Assembly (NCBI GenBank): GCA_036278915.1
Contig: DASUKB010000001.1
Coordinates: 173,186-237,185 of the forward strand
Direction: 5' to 3'
Length of the DNA: 64,000 nucleotides
From: Patescibacteria group bacterium
Lineage (GTDB): Bacteria > Patescibacteriota > Doudnabacteria > UBA920 > O2-02-FULL-48-8
Shown: positions 46,947-56,438 of the stretch, piece after piece
Numbering within the stretch: the stretch's first letter is position 1
How the letters are laid out: each line of letters starts with the position of its first letter
The notes under the pieces: generated by a model
What the model was told of the DNA's origin: nothing
The model's database searches: none
Seen by the model: only the letters and a program-made list of their open reading frames with translations
Translations under genes and position numbers: made by a program

Positions 46947-48384
46947 ATTCCACGCCGATTTGGGCCATCATTACATCATCTGCGCTTGGGGTTTTGGCCA
47001 GGTTTTTGAAAGTTGTCTTTTCGCCATCAAAGTAGAGTTCAATTTCGCCAGTTGGGCCGTTGCGATGTTTGCGGATGAGAATTTCCGCCACGTGCGGTTT
47101 TTTGGAATCTTTACCCGTGTACATTTCATCGCGGTAGATAAACATAACCACGTCCGCGTCCTGTTCTATGGAGCCGGATTCGCGCAAATCCGAAAGCTGC
47201 GGCTTTTTGTCGCCCCCACGCTGCTCAACGGCGCGCGACAGCTGCGACAGGGCCAAAATCGGGATGTTCAATTCTTTGGCCAAAATTTTGAGCGAGCGGG
47301 AAATTTCCGAAACTTCCTGCACGCGGTTCTCGGTGGAATGCCCCTGCATCAGCTGCAAATAGTCTATGACGATAAGGTCTAAATCATGCTCGGACTGTAG
47401 TCGCCTGGCTTTGGTGCGCAGTTCCATTATATTGAGCGCGCCCTGATCGTCTATGAAGATTGGCGCTTCGGAAAGCCTGCCCAAGGCATGGCCGATCCGT
47501 TCAAAGTCGTTGTCCACGCCAACGTCAGAGAGCCTGCCGGTGCGCATTTTCCATAAATCCACGTCCGCCTCGGCCGCCAGCAAGCGGTCCACGAGCTGGT
47601 CTTTACTCATCTCCAGCGAAAACACGGCAACATTTTTCTTGTAATTGACAGCAGCGTTGCGGATAATGTCCAAAGCCAGGGAAGTTTTGCCCATGCTCGG
47701 TCGAGCAGCCAGGATTACCAGGTCGCTTTTTTGCAATCCGCCGAGTTTGCTGTCCAGGTCGTGGTAGCCGGTGGGCAGGCCGCGTAATTTGCCTTTTTCG
47801 CGGTGAAGCTCGTCCAAACGGTCAAACGTCTCGTGTAAAATCTCCGATAAGGGCACGAAATTTTGCTTCAGGTATGCTTGCGATACGGAAAAGAGTTTTT
47901 GTTCGGCGGAGTCAAGGAGTGTCTCCAAATCCGTGTCTTCCTGGTATCCCAAAGATACTATGTCTGTGGCCTGGGCAATGAGGCGCCGGAGTGTTCCTTT
48001 GCGGCGGACGATATTGGCATAGTGCAAGACGTGAGCAGCCGAAGGCACGGTGTTCACAAGTGTAGTCAGGTAAGATGCACCTCCGATTCTGTCCAAAGAC
48101 GCGCCTTCCTCCAGTTTATTAGACACGGTTAAAATGTCTATGGAAGCGCGTTCGTCGTAGAGCCGGACGATGGCCGAGTAGATAATCCGGTGTCTTTCCT
48201 CATAAAAATCGTTAGCCGAAAGGATATCTGCGATCTTTATGATGGCGTCGCGGTCCAAAATCAAAGACCCAAGCACGGATTGCTCAGCTTCCAATGATTG
48301 GGGCGGGATGCGGCCTGCCCAGGCGTCTACGACTTTGGTTTGTTGTTGTTTTGTTGCCACAGAGGTTTTAATTGGTATTGGCAT
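46945..48384 (-). CDS. dnaB: replicative DNA helicase
   Basis: PPQSLEAEQSVLG, AARPSMGKT, FSLEM, IDYLQL, LSQLSR, DLRESGSIEQDAD and KHRNGP motifs. Confidence 0.97.
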   Translation of the reverse strand: MPIPIKTSVATKQQQTKVVDAWAGRIPPQSLEAEQSVLGSLILDRDAIIKIADILSANDFYEERHRIIYSAIVRLYDERASIDILTVSNKLEEGASLDRIGGASYLTTLVNTVPSAAHVLHYANIVRRKGTLRRLIAQATDIVSLGYQEDTDLETLLDSAEQKLFSVSQAYLKQNFVPLSEILHETFDRLDELHREKGKLRGLPTGYHDLDSKLGGLQKSDLVILAARPSMGKTSLALDIIRNAAVNYKKNVAVFSLEMSKDQLVDRLLAAEADVDLWKMRTGRLSDVGVDNDFERIGHALGRLSEAPIFIDDQGALNIMELRTKARRLQSEHDLDLIVIDYLQLMQGHSTENRVQEVSEISRSLKILAKELNIPILALSQLSRAVEQRGGDKKPQLSDLRESGSIEQDADVVMFIYRDEMYTGKDSKKPHVAEILIRKHRNGPTGEIELYFDGEKTTFKNLAKTPSADDVMMAQIGVE

Positions 48385-48516
48385 TATGCCGACACTAAAA
48401 GGTTTATGCAAAGGGGAAAAGTGGGAAAGGTGGGGAGAACAGGTTAAATAAAAAGACAGCCTTTTGCCGCCTTATTGATTACCATATGAATTATAGATTG
48501 TGAATTTTTGCGTGTC

Positions 48517-48550
48517 AAAAAAAGAGGCGGCGAACCAAACGGTCCGCCGC
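48517..48550 (-). terminator. intrinsic terminator
   Basis: Minus strand GCGGCGGACC-gttt-GGTTCGCCGC-CTC-TTTTTTT. Confidence 0.75.
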
Positions 48551-48555
48551 AAATG

Positions 48556-48717
48556 CTAGTACTTCGTCTCCGGGCCGTCCGGGTATGGCCCGCGCTTGAC
48601 TACCAACTCTGGGGCACGGAACAGCTTCGGGCCAATCTCGTTTTTGGCGGCCTTCTTTGCCGACTTTTTGAGTTTGGCCGCCGAGTTTTTCTGCTTCGGG
48701 CAGGGATCTTCGCACAT
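48556..48717 (-). CDS. 53-aa Lys/Ala-rich small protein (different frame from the ORF track call)
   Basis: AGGAGG-aattca-ATG; MCEDPCPKQKNSAAKLKKSAKKAAKNEIGPKLFRAPELVVKRGPYPDGPETKY; stop directly before the terminator. Confidence 0.6.
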   Translation of the reverse strand: MCEDPCPKQKNSAAKLKKSAKKAAKNEIGPKLFRAPELVVKRGPYPDGPETKY

Positions 48718-48727
48718 TGAATTCCTC

Positions 48728-48901
48728 CTAATTCAAGTATGGCTTCCAATAGACTTCCGATTTTGCCGCACGCTCGCTGAGAAAATTTGTGGTGTTGTGG
48801 AGTTTGACCAGGTATTTTGCCCGGGCCAACAATCTGATCTGTCTGTTTATTTCTTTCACTTTCGCGATTCTACGTTCTTGATCAGTTACTTCTCGCTGCA
48901 T
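48728..48901 (-). CDS. 57-aa basic orphan protein
   Basis: GGAGG-aaca-ATG; MQREVTDQERRIAKVKEINRQIRLLARAKY... Confidence 0.6.
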   Translation of the reverse strand: MQREVTDQERRIAKVKEINRQIRLLARAKYLVKLHNTTNFLSERAAKSEVYWKPYLN

Positions 48902-48920
48902 TGTTCCTCCGTTGTATTGA

Positions 48921-50303
48921 TCAGAACTTCTTTTTGACGCGGAAGCCATCGGTCGTATCTTCAACGATGTAGCCGTTGCTCTCTATGGCGCGCCGTAGTT
49001 CGTCGGCTCGTACAAAATCCTGGGCTTTACGAGCCACTTCCCGGTCATCTATGAGGGTGCGCACGGTTTCCGGTATCACCTTGGCTGCGGTCCAAACTTC
49101 CTGCAACTTAAGGCCTAAGACTTTATCAAACCTAAAAAGCGTCGCCAGTTTGTCCGCAGACGGAAGTGCAGATTTTACCAGGTCCCAAAGTACCGCAATT
49201 GCCTGGGGCGTTTCCAAATCATTATTTATGGCGCCTTGAAACCTCTGTTCGTATTCAGATATCACTTTGCCTGCTGGATCGTAAGTTGAAATTTCGGAAT
49301 AGAGATTGTTGAGAGCGTTTTGGGCTGCTGTCAAAGACTCCCAGGTAAAATTAAGTTTGCTCCTATAGTGGGAGGTCAAAACGAGATACCGATACGCAAG
49401 CGGATTGAAGCCTTTGTCCACAACTGATTTGAGCGTAAGGAAATTTCCTTCGGATTTGGCCATTTTGCCGTTATCCAAAAGTAAGTGCTCGCCGTGGATC
49501 CAATAATTTACAAATTTTTTGTCAGTTGCGGCTTCAGACTGCGCGATCTCGTTGGTGTGGTGGGGAAATTTGAGGTCTATGCCGCCCGTGTGGATATCAA
49601 ACGGCTGGCCGAGGTATTCGGTGCTCATAGACGAGCACTCTATGTGCCAGCCCGGGAATCCGTCACCCCAGGGACTGGGCCATCGTAAAATGTGGTTTTG
49701 GTAGCGGCCGACGGCCTTAAACCAGAGCACAAAATCAATCGGGTTTTTTTTGGCAGGGTCAGCCACAACTTCCTGACGCGCGCCCAAAAGCATATCGTCC
49801 AGATTTTGCCCGGTGAGTTGGTTGTAGTCTGGGAATTTAGACACATCAAAATAAATAGCTTCATCTGACTCGTAAGCAAAGCCACGTTCAAAAAGCTTTT
49901 GGATGAGGGCTATGTGCTCTTGGATATGGTGGGAAGCTTTGGGATACTTATCTGCCGGCAGAATATTTAAGGCTTCTAGATCTTCGTAAAACGCTTGCTC
50001 GTATTTTTGCGCAATGGCTAAGACATCTTCGGCAGTGTGGGCGTTTTTTTCCATTTTATCTTCGCCTGTGTCGGCGTCCGATGTAAGATGGCCCACATCT
50101 GTAATGTTCATTACAAATTTCACATGGAATCCGTCAAAAAGAAGCGTACGATGGAGTATGTCGTTGAGGATCATCATCCTTAGATTTCCGATGTGGGCGT
50201 AATCGTAAACCGTAGGGCCGCAAGCGTAAAAACCCACTTCTTTGTCGTGGATTTGCCTAAATTCTTCAATTTTCCGAGACAGGGAATTATATAGCTTGAG
50301 CAT
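48921..50303 (-). CDS. cysS: cysteine--tRNA ligase
   Basis: [28 protein letters not shown] and KMAKS motifs. Confidence 0.97.
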   Translation of the reverse strand: MLKLYNSLSRKIEEFRQIHDKEVGFYACGPTVYDYAHIGNLRMMILNDILHRTLLFDGFHVKFVMNITDVGHLTSDADTGEDKMEKNAHTAEDVLAIAQKYEQAFYEDLEALNILPADKYPKASHHIQEHIALIQKLFERGFAYESDEAIYFDVSKFPDYNQLTGQNLDDMLLGARQEVVADPAKKNPIDFVLWFKAVGRYQNHILRWPSPWGDGFPGWHIECSSMSTEYLGQPFDIHTGGIDLKFPHHTNEIAQSEAATDKKFVNYWIHGEHLLLDNGKMAKSEGNFLTLKSVVDKGFNPLAYRYLVLTSHYRSKLNFTWESLTAAQNALNNLYSEISTYDPAGKVISEYEQRFQGAINNDLETPQAIAVLWDLVKSALPSADKLATLFRFDKVLGLKLQEVWTAAKVIPETVRTLIDDREVARKAQDFVRADELRRAIESNGYIVEDTTDGFRVKKKF

Positions 50304-50362
50304 AGGGGTAAGTATAACAAAAACAGTGCTCCCGTCTACCTTACCATAAAATGTGGAGAAAT

Positions 50363-51295
50363 CTAAAGCCAGCGTTTGCGGCGGAAGTATACGAGCAGGC
50401 CCACTACCATAACAATCATAAGCGTGAGCAAGATCACAAAAAACTGCACGTCGTCGGCTATATGAAAATATTTTTCTATCGTCACGCGGTCAAAGAAAAT
50501 CATAAAGTCCGTAATAAACGTCAAAATAGACACCACCACGGACACAATGGTGAGGACTTTCAAAATATCTTCTATCTGATGGCTGGCCAGGGTTTGATTT
50601 GTCCCTTCGTAGGATTCCACGGATTCTTTGTCGGAGGCGAGCATATCCCAAATATTTTCCGCAGTCTCAATGAGATTTTGGAAATAAGCTTTGGAATCCT
50701 TGAACATTATGTAGTCGCGCTTGCTGCGCGAAAGTTTGCCGAGGATGAATTTATGCATCTTCATAATTCGGCGGTAGACGATGATATTTTTTTTCAGCTG
50801 CGATAGCTTGTGCGGAGTCGTAATGTCGATTTCAAACGCGTCGCGGCCAGCCTGCACAATTTCACGGTTGAGATTGTCCAAAATAGGGAAACTGCGCTTA
50901 AACAGCAATTCCAGGATTGAAAACAGCAGGTATCCGGAATTGGCGCCCATGTATTGATTGCGGACATTGTCATACTGCGAGATGTTTTTCGTGAGATTGA
51001 CCAAGGTTTTCATAGACCCGTCGTGGACCGTGACTAGATAATCTTTTCCTAGGAAAAAATCAACTTCGGCCGGGCGAATTTCACGTTTGACTTTATCCGA
51101 GAATGGGAAGAGCAAAATCAAAAAGTGATAGCTGTCATATTCGTCTATCTTGGCGCGGGCGGACGAACCGACTACGTCTTCAAAGTCCAGCGGATGAAAG
51201 CGGAAGTTTTCTTTGAGGTAGAGGATGTCCGACTCGTCGGGGTTGACTATGTCTACCCACTTAAGATTTTTGGTATGGATAATTTTTAGGGCCAT
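50363..51295 (-). CDS. corA: CorA-family magnesium transporter (divergent)
   Basis: WVDI, FHPLDFED, AKIDEY, DYLVTVH, two C-terminal TMs, FRRKRWL; the canonical GMN motif is not evident. Confidence 0.75.
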   Translation of the reverse strand: MALKIIHTKNLKWVDIVNPDESDILYLKENFRFHPLDFEDVVGSSARAKIDEYDSYHFLILLFPFSDKVKREIRPAEVDFFLGKDYLVTVHDGSMKTLVNLTKNISQYDNVRNQYMGANSGYLLFSILELLFKRSFPILDNLNREIVQAGRDAFEIDITTPHKLSQLKKNIIVYRRIMKMHKFILGKLSRSKRDYIMFKDSKAYFQNLIETAENIWDMLASDKESVESYEGTNQTLASHQIEDILKVLTIVSVVVSILTFITDFMIFFDRVTIEKYFHIADDVQFFVILLTLMIVMVVGLLVYFRRKRWL

Positions 51296-51316
51296 GTTTT
51301 GAGCCTTTTTGTTTCT

Positions 51317-51348
51317 ACGAATGTACGAAAAGACGAACCTACGAACTA
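51317..51348. repeat. 8-nt-phased array ((T/G)ACGAANN x4)
   Basis: TACGAATG TACGAAAA GACGAACC TACGAACT; related TTCGTA units at ~44741-44756. Confidence 0.6.
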
Positions 51349-51457
51349 AGTATATTAAACCATAGATTAACCAAGAATCAAAGTTTTGTACTTTTGGAAT
51401 TTGGTATTTCCGCAGTAGCGCGACTAGAGGAGGGTAAGATATTGTCGCGCTGTGGAT

Positions 51458-51487
51458 TTGTCAAAAAAGATATCTGTATGTTATAAT
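51458..51487 (+). promoter_or_regulatory. sigma70-type promoter of the large-protein/ATPase cassette
   Basis: TTGTCA-18 nt-(TGt)TATAAT. Confidence 0.55.
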
Positions 51488-51538
51488 TCGGTTACGTTTG
51501 AAAGCCAATTTGATAAAAAAATCAAAGAAATTACAATT

Positions 51539-51841
51539 GTGGACAAAATTATAAGTCCCGAAATCCGAAGTTTTCTGGAAAAACTCCTAAGCGACAAAAA
51601 AATCAACGCCACGGGAGAATTGAAGGACCAAATGGTTTCGGATCTCAACGACCGCTTGGAAGTCCGATTCAACCAACTCGTCATAGAGCACCTTTCTATA
51701 CAGGAACTGGATGCCTTAGCAGAGGTGGCCGAGGAGGGACCCGAAGCCGTACAACAATTTTTGCGCAAAAATATCAAAAACATTGATGCGCTTTTTGCCG
51801 AGGCTATGCAGCAATTTGCGCAAGCTTATCTAGAGGGATAA
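51539..51841 (+). CDS. small acidic helical protein (DUF5663-like by recall; candidate chaperone)
   Basis: GTG start downstream of the promoter; FLEKLL..K...LKDQMVSDLNDRLE...VQQFLRKNIKNIDALF; its stop abuts the next ATG. Confidence 0.65.
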   Translation: MDKIISPEIRSFLEKLLSDKKINATGELKDQMVSDLNDRLEVRFNQLVIEHLSIQELDALAEVAEEGPEAVQQFLRKNIKNIDALFAEAMQQFAQAYLEG

Positions 51842-54800
51842 ATGTCCGAACAAGAACCATTTAACGGCATGAAAATTCCAGGATACGAACAATCTCCTCA
51901 AGCAGAGGAGCCAGTTCAACATCCAGAAGAAAAACCACAGCGGACATATAATCGGGTAGATCTTTACCAAACGGGCTTCCGTAACGGGTTAAGCGCGGAA
52001 ACAATGGATCAATATCCGGATAACCACGAACTTGCAAAATTAATTGGCACTAAAATTGAAAACCGTCAAAAAAATTCTGATTCTGAAAAATTAAAAGATA
52101 AAGTCCGAGATATTTTACATTCACAGATGAAGCGAGATGGCCACACCAAGCCAATCCAACCTTCCGGCAATCGGGTTGATATGAAATTGCATACTGTTAC
52201 AGAAGATCAGATTTCGGGTTTAGATGAAACAGAGAGAGCAGCGCTTGAGGGTAAATTTACAAAACTTCCAAGCATCCAGAGGAATTGGAAGGGTGACCCG
52301 AAAATATATAAGCAATATCCGAATTTCGGCTTGGATAAATATGAAGAAAATCAGCTGACTTCACGGTTGAAACACCAGTCCGAGCCAACTACTCCTGGCA
52401 TTCCTCCTGTACCAGATGAAAACATCCGGGATCGTGAACCTATGACCGAACGACAAGCTGAACGTATCTTTTTGGGCAAAACGCAAGAGGAGCGGGAAGC
52501 GGAAAATCTTTTCCGTGCCCAAGAATCAAAGCCGGAGAAACAGCCCACGGCAAACCATGATTTGCTTATGCGCGCGGGCAGAAAATTGTACCTGGATTTG
52601 GACTTGCCTGAAAGATTTGCGGAACTGGATGCGATGGATGACGCAGAACTCAAGACTTTGCTTTTGACTTACTACGGCAACGATGCCGAGTATGTCCAAG
52701 CCTTGTCTGATGCTGAAAAGTTATCGGATGACGACGTCAAAATACTAGGCTTAGAACTTAATCGTTCTCATGGATCTGCGAGTTTGGAAAAAGAAAAAAA
52801 AGAAGGAGGTCGGCGCAAACTTTTTGCCTCGGAACTCTCTGACTACATAGATGCCTACGCCAGGCAGGAGGCTAAGCGGCAATGGCAGAAATTATACGAA
52901 AAATCCGGATTCTTCCGCCGCGTCCAGCTTCACTTGGGCGAAAACTATTATGTAGACGTAAAACTTTACAACGAGATCCGGGAGAATATTGAAAAAAATA
53001 AAACCCTCACAACTTTGCTCAAGACCCGGATAGCAGGAAAGGACGTGGAGATTGGCCGCACGGACGATGAAAGTTATCGCCTGCTGGACGCAATTTTGGA
53101 AGCATACGAAAACGATTTAGGTCTGAAGGAAAACGAAAAGGCCAAGAAAGTGGAGGATGAAAAGTTTGATTCAGGACTCTCCGTTATCATTGTGCAAGCA
53201 GTCAAGCACGACTGGGACCGCAAACAATTCAACGAAGAATTAAATTTGCTTTTGGGCAGCACATATAGATCGCAAAACGCCAAGGCTTCCATTCACGAAG
53301 GCCATGTGTTTGCGTTTTCCGATATTTACCAGTATGTGGAGCAGTACAAATCCCAGATTAAAGATCTGGTGGAAAAGTACGGGCCGGAGGCTGGCGAGCA
53401 CATCAATGGCCTTATGGGCGTGGATTTGTATCTTGGGAAAATTGATGCGGACATCCGCAAGGACCCCAGAAAGGCTGCCTGGATCGATAAATTGCCCGCA
53501 GGACTTCAGAGCAGCAGAGTTTTTGGTCTCATAGCCAACCCGGCTGTGTTTGGGTCGGCTACAGCCATGATTGGGCGAGGCTTTGCCAAGGGTAAATTGA
53601 GTAAAGCACTTACTACAGCCACGGCAGCCGCCATGCTGCCTACTACTGCAAGTCTCTGGGTACCTATGGTTGCCGCTGCTGCCGTGGGTGGATTATATAC
53701 GGGCTTGCGGCGCAATAAAGAAATTTCGGAAGACTGGAATTCGGAATTAAAGGAGCAGGCCATGGGCCGCGTGGCAGGCGGAGCGCGCAATGAAAAAATC
53801 CGGAAGTTTATGCTGGATATGGAAGATGCAAACGTTTCGGCGCAGAAACTTTCGGCAATTACAAACGCGGACGATGCTTCCAAAAGATTAGTGGCAGAAA
53901 TTTACGCAAGGCTAGATATAGAAAACGCCGGAGGTCAGGAAATGTTCCGCGCATCCGAGAAAAACGCGGATCTTTCCAGCCGCCGCGCGGATATGAACAA
54001 ATTATATTTGGCACTGCGGCAGTTGGAAGGAAAACCCGGCTTTGCCAGAACGGACCTGGCAGCTCTTATAGACGAACAAACAAAAAGCTTCCGCACTGAA
54101 ATGAAAAGCCGCGAAACTGCACTAAGAGATTTTCGCGCGGGCCAGAATTTGCGCGCCGCGGTCCAGGGCGCACTCACAAGCATTGCGGGGTCCATCATAA
54201 CGCAAGAAGCTATTTATTGGGGCAAAGAAGGGCTGAATTTGCTGGGTTCAAATTTCACGCCTGGCGATACCCTGGCGCATATGGGCGGCAGGAAGCTTAT
54301 AACTGGCGAGTGGCATAAGCATTTCTTGGGTCCGCTTTCGCACGAAAACGTTATAAGTTTTTCCCATGGCGTGGAAGTACATCTCGACTCCCCGGAAGGT
54401 TTTGGCATAGAACCCAATTCCGATGGCACTATAAATTACCTTTACCATGGCGAGCATATAGCAGATCATTTGGCGTTGGCACAAGACGGACATGGCCTGT
54501 CGGATACAGCCAAAAAGATTCTGACCGACAAAGGTTTTCATATCCATGAAAGCGCTGCTCGCACTGTGATTTCGCAAACCACGGCTCATGAAATCGTTCG
54601 CGGACAGATGCCGCAGGCAACTTTGGAAAATCTCAAACAAAAGTACGCGGATGCCAATTGGGGCGTGCATCACCGGCTGGACTGGCACCACCAAGGACCA
54701 CAGGAAAGTTCGTTCTTCAACAAAATTATAGAACACCCGGGCAAAGAGCAGATGGAATATCTAAATTTTGACGCGAACGGACATGTGGTGGTGGACGCTC

Positions 54801-56032
54801 ATAAAATTGTAGAAAACTTTGCGCAAAATTTACGCGACGACAATAAAGATTTGTTTATCAATCCTGACGGGTCTGTGGATGCCAAAATGCGTGGGCTTTA
54901 TAAGCAACTGTTCGAGTGGCAGCAGAAAGGCGAGTTGGGCAAGCATATCCACGCGGTGGTTTTGCCAGACAAGCATTCAAGCTTGAGCGCCGTATTTGTC
55001 GGTAACGCCGACGGAAAAATTACATTGTCCGAATCTTTGTCCAAACTTGTGAATCCGGATCATTTGGCGGACGGGAAACTTCCATACACCATAGAACTGC
55101 GCTTGGATGACGGCCACGTGCTGGCTACGGCTTCCGGCGGCAATGGAATGTTTGAACAAAGCGTTTCTGAAATAACTAAACACGTGCCTCATACTCTGGA
55201 AATTTACGATACATCTATCATACCGCCTGTGAGTGGGTACATGAATCCATTTTTGGCTACTCCTATGGCCAAACGCTACCCGCTCAAAACCGCGAGCGTG
55301 GGAGGGGGCAGAACAGTTGCGGCAGAACCGATTCTTGTGCCAAGTCAATCGTCAGAAATTGAGATTCCGCAAGCAGAATCGGAAACCGCAGCGACAAAAG
55401 ATTTGGGTGAAACCCTGCACGCAGAACCTATAAAGTCTGGGGTACGAATAGTAGACGAAGCGCCTTTGCGCGCGGCTGAACCAGAGCAAATTGACCTGCC
55501 GGAGGATATGCACATTCAGCCGACAGAGCACATTGAGCGCGGCAAAGATAAAAAACGCAAAATCTTTTTGCGTGGAGAAAGAATTAAATCCAATTCGGGG
55601 ACAATTTATGAAGCAATTATCGATGCCCTTAAGGTCTTGCCGCACATCCGCACCAAGGCCAATTTGGAAAAACTACTTACCGCGCAATTCAGAATTTTGG
55701 CCTCAAAAGACGGTTATGATTCTACAAAACAAAATTTCGGAAACTATTTAAAAAGAGATTATGGCCTTGAACCGGACGACTTCAAAGTTAGCCGCAGCAA
55801 AGATCATTTCTACGTTAAACTGGATGCCAAGGCCGAATTAGTGCCGCTGCTGCGGACATTCCAAGCCAACAAAGATGTGCAGGAAAAATTGTACTATGAG
55901 TTCAAGAATATGCAGTCCGACGTCAAAGAGCATAAATTGCCGAGATTTCGGGTTAATCTTTTGGAGAATATGATACGGAAGATGTCGGGCCGGAGTACGA
56001 ATGAAGACGAAGACGGTAAACCCAAACCTTGA
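51842..56032 (+). CDS. 1396-aa hypothetical protein, no signal peptide, central Ala/Gly-rich hydrophobic helices
   Basis: Long uninterrupted ORF; acidic N-terminus, segment TATAAAMLPTTASLWVPMVAAAAVGGLYTG, His-rich beta region, acidic linker, basic C-terminal domain. Confidence 0.85.
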   Translation: MSEQEPFNGMKIPGYEQSPQAEEPVQHPEEKPQRTYNRVDLYQTGFRNGLSAETMDQYPDNHELAKLIGTKIENRQKNSDSEKLKDKVRDILHSQMKRDGHTKPIQPSGNRVDMKLHTVTEDQISGLDETERAALEGKFTKLPSIQRNWKGDPKIYKQYPNFGLDKYEENQLTSRLKHQSEPTTPGIPPVPDENIRDREPMTERQAERIFLGKTQEEREAENLFRAQESKPEKQPTANHDLLMRAGRKLYLDLDLPERFAELDAMDDAELKTLLLTYYGNDAEYVQALSDAEKLSDDDVKILGLELNRSHGSASLEKEKKEGGRRKLFASELSDYIDAYARQEAKRQWQKLYEKSGFFRRVQLHLGENYYVDVKLYNEIRENIEKNKTLTTLLKTRIAGKDVEIGRTDDESYRLLDAILEAYENDLGLKENEKAKKVEDEKFDSGLSVIIVQAVKHDWDRKQFNEELNLLLGSTYRSQNAKASIHEGHVFAFSDIYQYVEQYKSQIKDLVEKYGPEAGEHINGLMGVDLYLGKIDADIRKDPRKAAWIDKLPAGLQSSRVFGLIANPAVFGSATAMIGRGFAKGKLSKALTTATAAAMLPTTASLWVPMVAAAAVGGLYTGLRRNKEISEDWNSELKEQAMGRVAGGARNEKIRKFMLDMEDANVSAQKLSAITNADDASKRLVAEIYARLDIENAGGQEMFRASEKNADLSSRRADMNKLYLALRQLEGKPGFARTDLAALIDEQTKSFRTEMKSRETALRDFRAGQNLRAAVQGALTSIAGSIITQEAIYWGKEGLNLLGSNFTPGDTLAHMGGRKLITGEWHKHFLGPLSHENVISFSHGVEVHLDSPEGFGIEPNSDGTINYLYHGEHIADHLALAQDGHGLSDTAKKILTDKGFHIHESAARTVISQTTAHEIVRGQMPQATLENLKQKYADANWGVHHRLDWHHQGPQESSFFNKIIEHPGKEQMEYLNFDANGHVVVDAHKIVENFAQNLRDDNKDLFINPDGSVDAKMRGLYKQLFEWQQKGELGKHIHAVVLPDKHSSLSAVFVGNADGKITLSESLSKLVNPDHLADGKLPYTIELRLDDGHVLATASGGNGMFEQSVSEITKHVPHTLEIYDTSIIPPVSGYMNPFLATPMAKRYPLKTASVGGGRTVAAEPILVPSQSSEIEIPQAESETAATKDLGETLHAEPIKSGVRIVDEAPLRAAEPEQIDLPEDMHIQPTEHIERGKDKKRKIFLRGERIKSNSGTIYEAIIDALKVLPHIRTKANLEKLLTAQFRILASKDGYDSTKQNFGNYLKRDYGLEPDDFKVSRSKDHFYVKLDAKAELVPLLRTFQANKDVQEKLYYEFKNMQSDVKEHKLPRFRVNLLENMIRKMSGRSTNEDEDGKPKP

Positions 56033-56065
56033 TTTAAACTTAAAATTAATCTATACTTAGCTGCT

Positions 56066-56404
56066 ATGGAAAAGATTGAATCAAACAATTTTAAGTCTCC
56101 TGAAGTTCCCAAAGATTCGCAAGAATTTTTGGAACAGGTTGAGCATGCCGCGCGCGCTCGCAAGCCGGAGAATTCCGCTCTGAGCGAAAATGGGGTGGAA
56201 AGCGATACGCGCGATCTTCACCGGAGCATCCGAACGCAGAATGAAATAACAGCGGCCGAAATCCCGCAAGAGCTTGACTCACAACAGAAAACTCGAGTTC
56301 TCAACGAATTGCTTAAGCCGACAGATGACGAAATCAGCCATCCGACGCTTGAACCCTACGATGAAATAGAAAATATCCTCAAAAAAGCCATTCCTGGCGA
56401 ATAA
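56066..56404 (+). CDS. acidic hypothetical protein (112 aa)
   Basis: Fills the gap; TATACT 8 nt before the ATG. Confidence 0.65.
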   Translation: MEKIESNNFKSPEVPKDSQEFLEQVEHAARARKPENSALSENGVESDTRDLHRSIRTQNEITAAEIPQELDSQQKTRVLNELLKPTDDEISHPTLEPYDEIENILKKAIPGE

Positions 56405-56438
56405 GTTTTCCAAGTTGTAAACGCAAACAAAAACCTAA

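Noticed and set aside
48515-48715. ORF-track 66-aa minus-strand ORF
   Set aside because: It runs through the terminator hairpin; the alternative frame 48556-48717 has an ATG at proper SD spacing and stops just before the terminator.
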